Source: Novakomyces olei (taxonomy: Eukaryota). Taken from it: a stretch of 64,000 nucleotides of DNA. Location of the stretch: positions 434,001 through 498,000 of the forward strand of contig JADEYG010000007.1 in the NCBI GenBank assembly GCA_016906335.1, in the 5' to 3' direction. Positions 59,646-64,000 of the stretch are shown one piece after another (within the stretch, counting starts at the first letter, position 1; every line of letters begins with the position of its first letter). The notes beneath the pieces are model-generated. The model searched no databases, was not told where the DNA came from, and was given only the letters and a program-made list of their open reading frames with translations. The translations under genes and the position numbers were made by a program.

Positions 59646-62600
59646 CTATGCCCACATCTTTTCAAACTTGGCATCAAAGTTTTGTTTTAATTCTCCAAAC
59701 GCATTCAATACTTCATATGTGTTTTCAAGCGCTTTCGTATCCAATCCGCCCGTGCTGGAGTTTGCCTCACTCAGAGACAAATTTGAAAAGGCGTCATCTT
59801 CCCAGTTTTCAGGCATAGACCATTCTTGAAGAACAAAGTCGCCTTCGTCCTTCTCATCAAATGCCCCTGCCCCCGATGAGAAATCCGTGTCCTGGCCAAA
59901 CACTAAAAGGTTGCTTAAGCTCGTGATTATAGCGCCCAGTGTGCGGCTAAATTGGTTGAGCAAGAACCAGACATCGCTCACAGGTATCCCGTTTTCCGTT
60001 CTCAACAGCTCGCTCTCGCCGTGCCTGAAAAAATCGTAGATAAACGAATTAATAGGCACAGAGCTATCAAAGTACGGAATTGAAACATCCTCTGGGAAAC
60101 TGTCGTACCGCACATTGGCTATCACAGACTGGGGAGTTGAGAAATCATTTGCTAATCCAGACAAGGCTGTATACTTTGATCGCACTGTGGCCGATTCAGC
60201 ATCAAGCAGGCTAAAATCATTCAGCTGCAAAGCCAAAACGCTGCTCTCTCCTGAAACAGGCAGCACTTCTTCGTCCGTGCAGCCTGTGGCCGCAAAGTTT
60301 TCAGCATAAGATACTAATACAGTAAGCAGATTGCGCTCGTGGTCTTGGAGACACGCCTTTGCGTCCGCTGGCAGGTCCTCCAGCATGACTTGTGCATCGG
60401 TAAGTAAGAACCGGCACTTTTGAGCTGGGTCAATGGGCCTCCGGACAAAGACAAATGCTAGCACTCTCATGAGCTGGTCAAATACGCCCTCCTTGTCGCT
60501 CGTCCACTTGTGACAGATTCTGTGGAAGACACCTCGGCGCAGCAGAGCACCAAAAATGAGGTTGCTCGGCTCACAAAACTGGAGGCTATCCACGATTACA
60601 GACAAGGCCGACGGATTTCCGGTAGGTGAAAGTAGCCCTTCACGGCGCAAGTAGTCAATTTCAAAGCGGACATAGTTTTGGATGCGTCGCAGATCCTTTT
60701 CATCCGTACAAATATACCGCGGAGAGTCCAGTATTTCCTGGATTGTAGACATGACAAACTTTTCCTTGTTGGAACCATTGTAAAGGTGTAAAAGACGTAG
60801 AATATAGGTAAAGGTAAGCTTGTAGTGGGCTTTAACATCGGGCAGCTGACTCGTTAGCAGTCTATTGATCTTTTCTTGTGACACTCCAATAAAACCAACA
60901 TGGCCGAGTAAATCAAAGCCACGTCGGCCAGCACGGCCTGAGGCCTGGCGGTAGTTTAGGGCATTAAGCACAAAACTATCGCCGATAAATACAGTAGTCT
61001 TACAGGGCATATTGATACCCAGGGCTAGGGTACCGGTGGCGATTATAACAGTCAAATGGCCACATCGGAACAGCACTTCTACCAAGTTACGGTATCTTCT
61101 CGTCATGCCCGCATGATGGCAAGCAATTCCTCTTTTCAGACCCTCAATTGCCCACGGCGGAGCACCCTCGCTTGCTCTCAACTTGCTCAAATCACGATCA
61201 AACTCTTCCCTGCCATACGTAGATTTAATGCCAACAAAGGAAAATTCCGGCGATGGTTCTTCCGGGTCAAATAGTTCGATCCACGAGACGTCTTCCGCGT
61301 TTTTGGCTATTTCTTCGTTCATTTTATCCTTGTTTTCCTTTTCCCTGCGCTGCCTTTCCTTCTCCCGCTGGGTAGCACCCGCCTCCCATTTCTTGTAGGC
61401 TTTTAATTTCTGCTGCCACTCTTCCGACGATTCCCGCCATTCTGTTTCCTGTGCAACTAGTCGATTGACAAGAGATTCTGTCAAGTCTTCGCAAAAGACA
61501 CGATCATAATTGAAAAAAATGGCGGGTAGGTAGCCCTGACTGTGCAAGTCGGAGCACATTGGAAGGATTGATTCAATTAAACACGCTCTAGACAGATAAC
61601 CAGATCCATTTCCGGTTTTAGTCAAGACTTTGTCTCCATTAGCAATTGCATCGGAGACCTGGCGGCTCAATCCGTTCAGGAGCTTCTGAATTGGGCTGTC
61701 CGCGTAAACTGCCTTTGGATTCTGCAACCAAGTGGTTAAAACTTGCTTCAGTTCTTTCTCGTAACCCGCAACGTCAACTTTGCGAATAAACTTGCGCTTT
61801 TTAAAGTACCGATCAGGCTCCAAAGATTCAGATATCCTGAAATCACTGGTCTTCAAACGGCTCATGAAGTTGTAGAGCAAAGCACAATCACGCGGCTCGA
61901 AGCTCAGATCAGACGGGATGCTCTGGTCACCCGGCGCAATTGCAGAAACAGGATGAATAGGAGTAATTGTACCAAAATTAGTGGCATCTTGCAACCCATC
62001 AAACTGCGTAAAATTGGATTTAGGAGTCCACACAAATTTTCGCAGGTCAGAGTACCGATACTTATGCTGTATTAAACGCATCTTGTTGTGATGCGCTTTT
62101 TGTATCGAAGAAAGCCAGCGAAACAATTCGTCTGGGTTACCAATAGTGGCAGACAGGGCAGTAATGGGGCAGGCAGTAAATAATAAGAGCTGCTCCCAGA
62201 TAGCACCGTCTTCATTTTCTCCTAAGCCCAGACTGTGAACTTCATCAAACACGATACGCTTTATCCTCGGTGTCCATTCACGGGCTAATGCCGGAGACAG
62301 AACCATGTTTTGTAAAACTTCGGGGACAGTTACCAAAATCTGACAGCCTTCAGGATCATTGTTTGTGTACTCGGGCATTCCTACGGCCCAGACAGTTTTG
62401 CCGGCAAACGGGTATTGCTTTGAAAATCGTGCATAAATTTCAGCTGCAATCTGATTCACAAGAGCCTTCGACGGAGCAATGTAAACCAGTATACCCGAGT
62501 CATCTGCACGCAAAATTTGTTCCATTGAATAGAAAGAAATAAAAGTTTTACCCGCAGAAGTTGGAGCCACAACAAGCACCGATTCATTCTTATCCAATGC

Positions 62601-64000
62601 ATCCAGTGTCTCCCGTTGCCACTTGTCAGGGTCAAAAGCAACACGATGATCAGGCGCGCTCTCCATGTTTCTCTCCATGTAATGGCCACAGTGAAGGAGC
62701 TGAAAAGTCACAGACGTATATGGTACCTCAAGGTCGGCATCTTCATCGTCCAATTGAGGAATAGCAAACTGAAAATTCAGCTCTCTTTTTGGAGACGTTT
62801 CCTTCTTTTCAATCGCGTCTGAAAGACCAAGAGCTCTTAGTGTCTGATTTAGTGCATCATAAATTGTGGCCGTTAAATCTGCTCTGTTGTACAATTCACC
62901 TACTGCATTGAAAATCTCGACCGCCCAATATATGTTCTTCTCTTTATCATCTTCATCTTGGCAAAATCGTGCCCAAATAAATAGCATGATTTGTATACGA
63001 TATAATCGCATCTCCAAATCTATTGAAATATCACGCTCTCGGCCTTGTTCCAGAATCTGTGTCAAACGGGCGAGTCGTCTTTGTAAATCCTTAATGCGTG
63101 CGAGCTCTTGGCGCAAGTCACGCCATAGCGAAATCGATTTGTTTTCTAATTTATCCGCCTTTCGTGCCGCATTTTCTAGCCTAATTTGATCAGCCTTCGA
63201 AAGCTTGGGAGCTTTTTCCTTCTTTTCTTTCTTGTTGCTTTTACTTCCTGGCTTTTCCTTCGTCTCTTTTGTAGGTAGAGGCGTCTTCACGTTCGTAGAT
63301 ACCGGAACTTTGGAGCTGCCAGGAAGAATAGAAATACGGCTCAAAGACCGGCCTCTAGCTCCAGTCAAGGAGCTTGCGTATTTTTGGATATAGCTCATAA
63401 ATGCTTGATCCTGCTTTCTTGCACGACCCATTAAACGACGATCCTTTCGCGGATCCCCTGTTTTGACTGCTTTAATCGCATTAAGGTTTTTTGGCTTTCT
63501 AGCGACCTGGGGTGTCACAGATCCAAAGTCGATATACTTTATATCCGACTCTGTCGGCTCTTCAGTCTCCCACTCTGATTGCACGTCAAACTCTACGTCT
63601 TCAAACAGTCTAGCAAACAGGTCATCTTCATACGGCAAAAGGCTCTTTGCCGAAATATGTTGAAATTCTCTCCTCGGCTCGGATACTACATTCGAGTGAA
63701 CTTCAATCGCCAAACTTGAAACGTCAGTCACATTCGAAAATCCGGCAAGTTCCTGTAAAGTTTTGAAGGAGTCAGAGACGGATGGCGGAACATCAAATTT
63801 GCCTTGACTGAGCTGAAGAGCCATGATCGCAAAAAGCCGGCCATCAAAAACAAACCCAATATCGTCGGATGTCCCGGTCAAATCTTTACTCGTGGCGCCT
63901 TTGACTGAAGAATCCAGAAAAGGAATATATCCAGCGAGGAACTTTCCAAGTGGTGCTGTACTCAGAGACGGAACAGATGCAAAGCATCGGTGAGTCAATG
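59646..64000 (-). CDS. DDX60-like Ski2-family DExH RNA helicase (5' part outside window)
   Basis: FDPDKWQ, APTSAGKTFISFY, PSKALVNQ, FDEVH, LSATIGNP, GIACHHAG, ATGTLALGINMPCK, QASGRAGRRGFD. Confidence 0.9.
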   Translation of the reverse strand, partial: LTHRCFASVPSLSTAPLGKFLAGYIPFLDSSVKGATSKDLTGTSDDIGFVFDGRLFAIMALQLSQGKFDVPPSVSDSFKTLQELAGFSNVTDVSSLAIEVHSNVVSEPRREFQHISAKSLLPYEDDLFARLFEDVEFDVQSEWETEEPTESDIKYIDFGSVTPQVARKPKNLNAIKAVKTGDPRKDRRLMGRARKQDQAFMSYIQKYASSLTGARGRSLSRISILPGSSKVPVSTNVKTPLPTKETKEKPGSKSNKKEKKEKAPKLSKADQIRLENAARKADKLENKSISLWRDLRQELARIKDLQRRLARLTQILEQGRERDISIDLEMRLYRIQIMLFIWARFCQDEDDKEKNIYWAVEIFNAVGELYNRADLTATIYDALNQTLRALGLSDAIEKKETSPKRELNFQFAIPQLDDEDADLEVPYTSVTFQLLHCGHYMERNMESAPDHRVAFDPDKWQRETLDALDKNESVLVVAPTSAGKTFISFYSMEQILRADDSGILVYIAPSKALVNQIAAEIYARFSKQYPFAGKTVWAVGMPEYTNNDPEGCQILVTVPEVLQNMVLSPALAREWTPRIKRIVFDEVHSLGLGENEDGAIWEQLLLFTACPITALSATIGNPDELFRWLSSIQKAHHNKMRLIQHKYRYSDLRKFVWTPKSNFTQFDGLQDATNFGTITPIHPVSAIAPGDQSIPSDLSFEPRDCALLYNFMSRLKTSDFRISESLEPDRYFKKRKFIRKVDVAGYEKELKQVLTTWLQNPKAVYADSPIQKLLNGLSRQVSDAIANGDKVLTKTGNGSGYLSRACLIESILPMCSDLHSQGYLPAIFFNYDRVFCEDLTESLVNRLVAQETEWRESSEEWQQKLKAYKKWEAGATQREKERQRREKENKDKMNEEIAKNAEDVSWIELFDPEEPSPEFSFVGIKSTYGREEFDRDLSKLRASEGAPPWAIEGLKRGIACHHAGMTRRYRNLVEVLFRCGHLTVIIATGTLALGINMPCKTTVFIGDSFVLNALNYRQASGRAGRRGFDLLGHVGFIGVSQEKINRLLTSQLPDVKAHYKLTFTYILRLLHLYNGSNKEKFVMSTIQEILDSPRYICTDEKDLRRIQNYVRFEIDYLRREGLLSPTGNPSALSVIVDSLQFCEPSNLIFGALLRRGVFHRICHKWTSDKEGVFDQLMRVLAFVFVRRPIDPAQKCRFLLTDAQVMLEDLPADAKACLQDHERNLLTVLVSYAENFAATGCTDEEVLPVSGESSVLALQLNDFSLLDAESATVRSKYTALSGLANDFSTPQSVIANVRYDSFPEDVSIPYFDSSVPINSFIYDFFRHGESELLRTENGIPVSDVWFLLNQFSRTLGAIITSLSNLLVFGQDTDFSSGAGAFDEKDEGDFVLQEWSMPENWEDDAFSNLSLSEANSSTGGLDTKALENTYEVLNAFGELKQNFDAKFEKMWA

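Noticed and set aside
59631-59648. Stop-codon readthrough of the helicase stimulated by the downstream hairpin
   Set aside because: A second in-frame TAG follows after four codons

Overview
Gene-dense, intron-rich fungal (ascomycete) chromosomal segment with about 31 protein-coding genes and no CRISPR array, rRNA, tRNA or recognisable transposon. A Cid1-type uridylyltransferase, very short introns (34-50 nt), frequent AAG acceptors and TTAGGG promoter boxes suggest a Taphrinomycotina-like lineage (inference). The genes are mostly housekeeping: PSD1, APC10, RSE1, PAN3, LSM7, KAP95, UBX, RPC37, UGA1, macro domain, FAF1, LDAH, SMC5, D-LDH, PPR, DeSI, VPS16, OHCU decarboxylase, WDR44-like, SWD2, OAC1, 2OG-Fe oxygenase, MKT1, MUB1, CID1, EMC10, mucin-like sensor, SGT1 and a DDX60-like helicase. 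Three features are missing or incomplete in the ORF track: a box C/D snoRNA (snR41-like, guide for 18S Am541) inside an RSE1 intron, a two-exon twin-CX9C CMC2 gene, and LSM7 micro-exons. TTAGGG-type boxes recur in promoters, and two orphan copies may mark unannotated transcripts (about 54.2-54.6 kb, and 59.5-59.64 kb next to a ~97-nt hairpin). I found no firmly supported novel multi-gene system. Gene boundaries were deduced by eye from splice signals.
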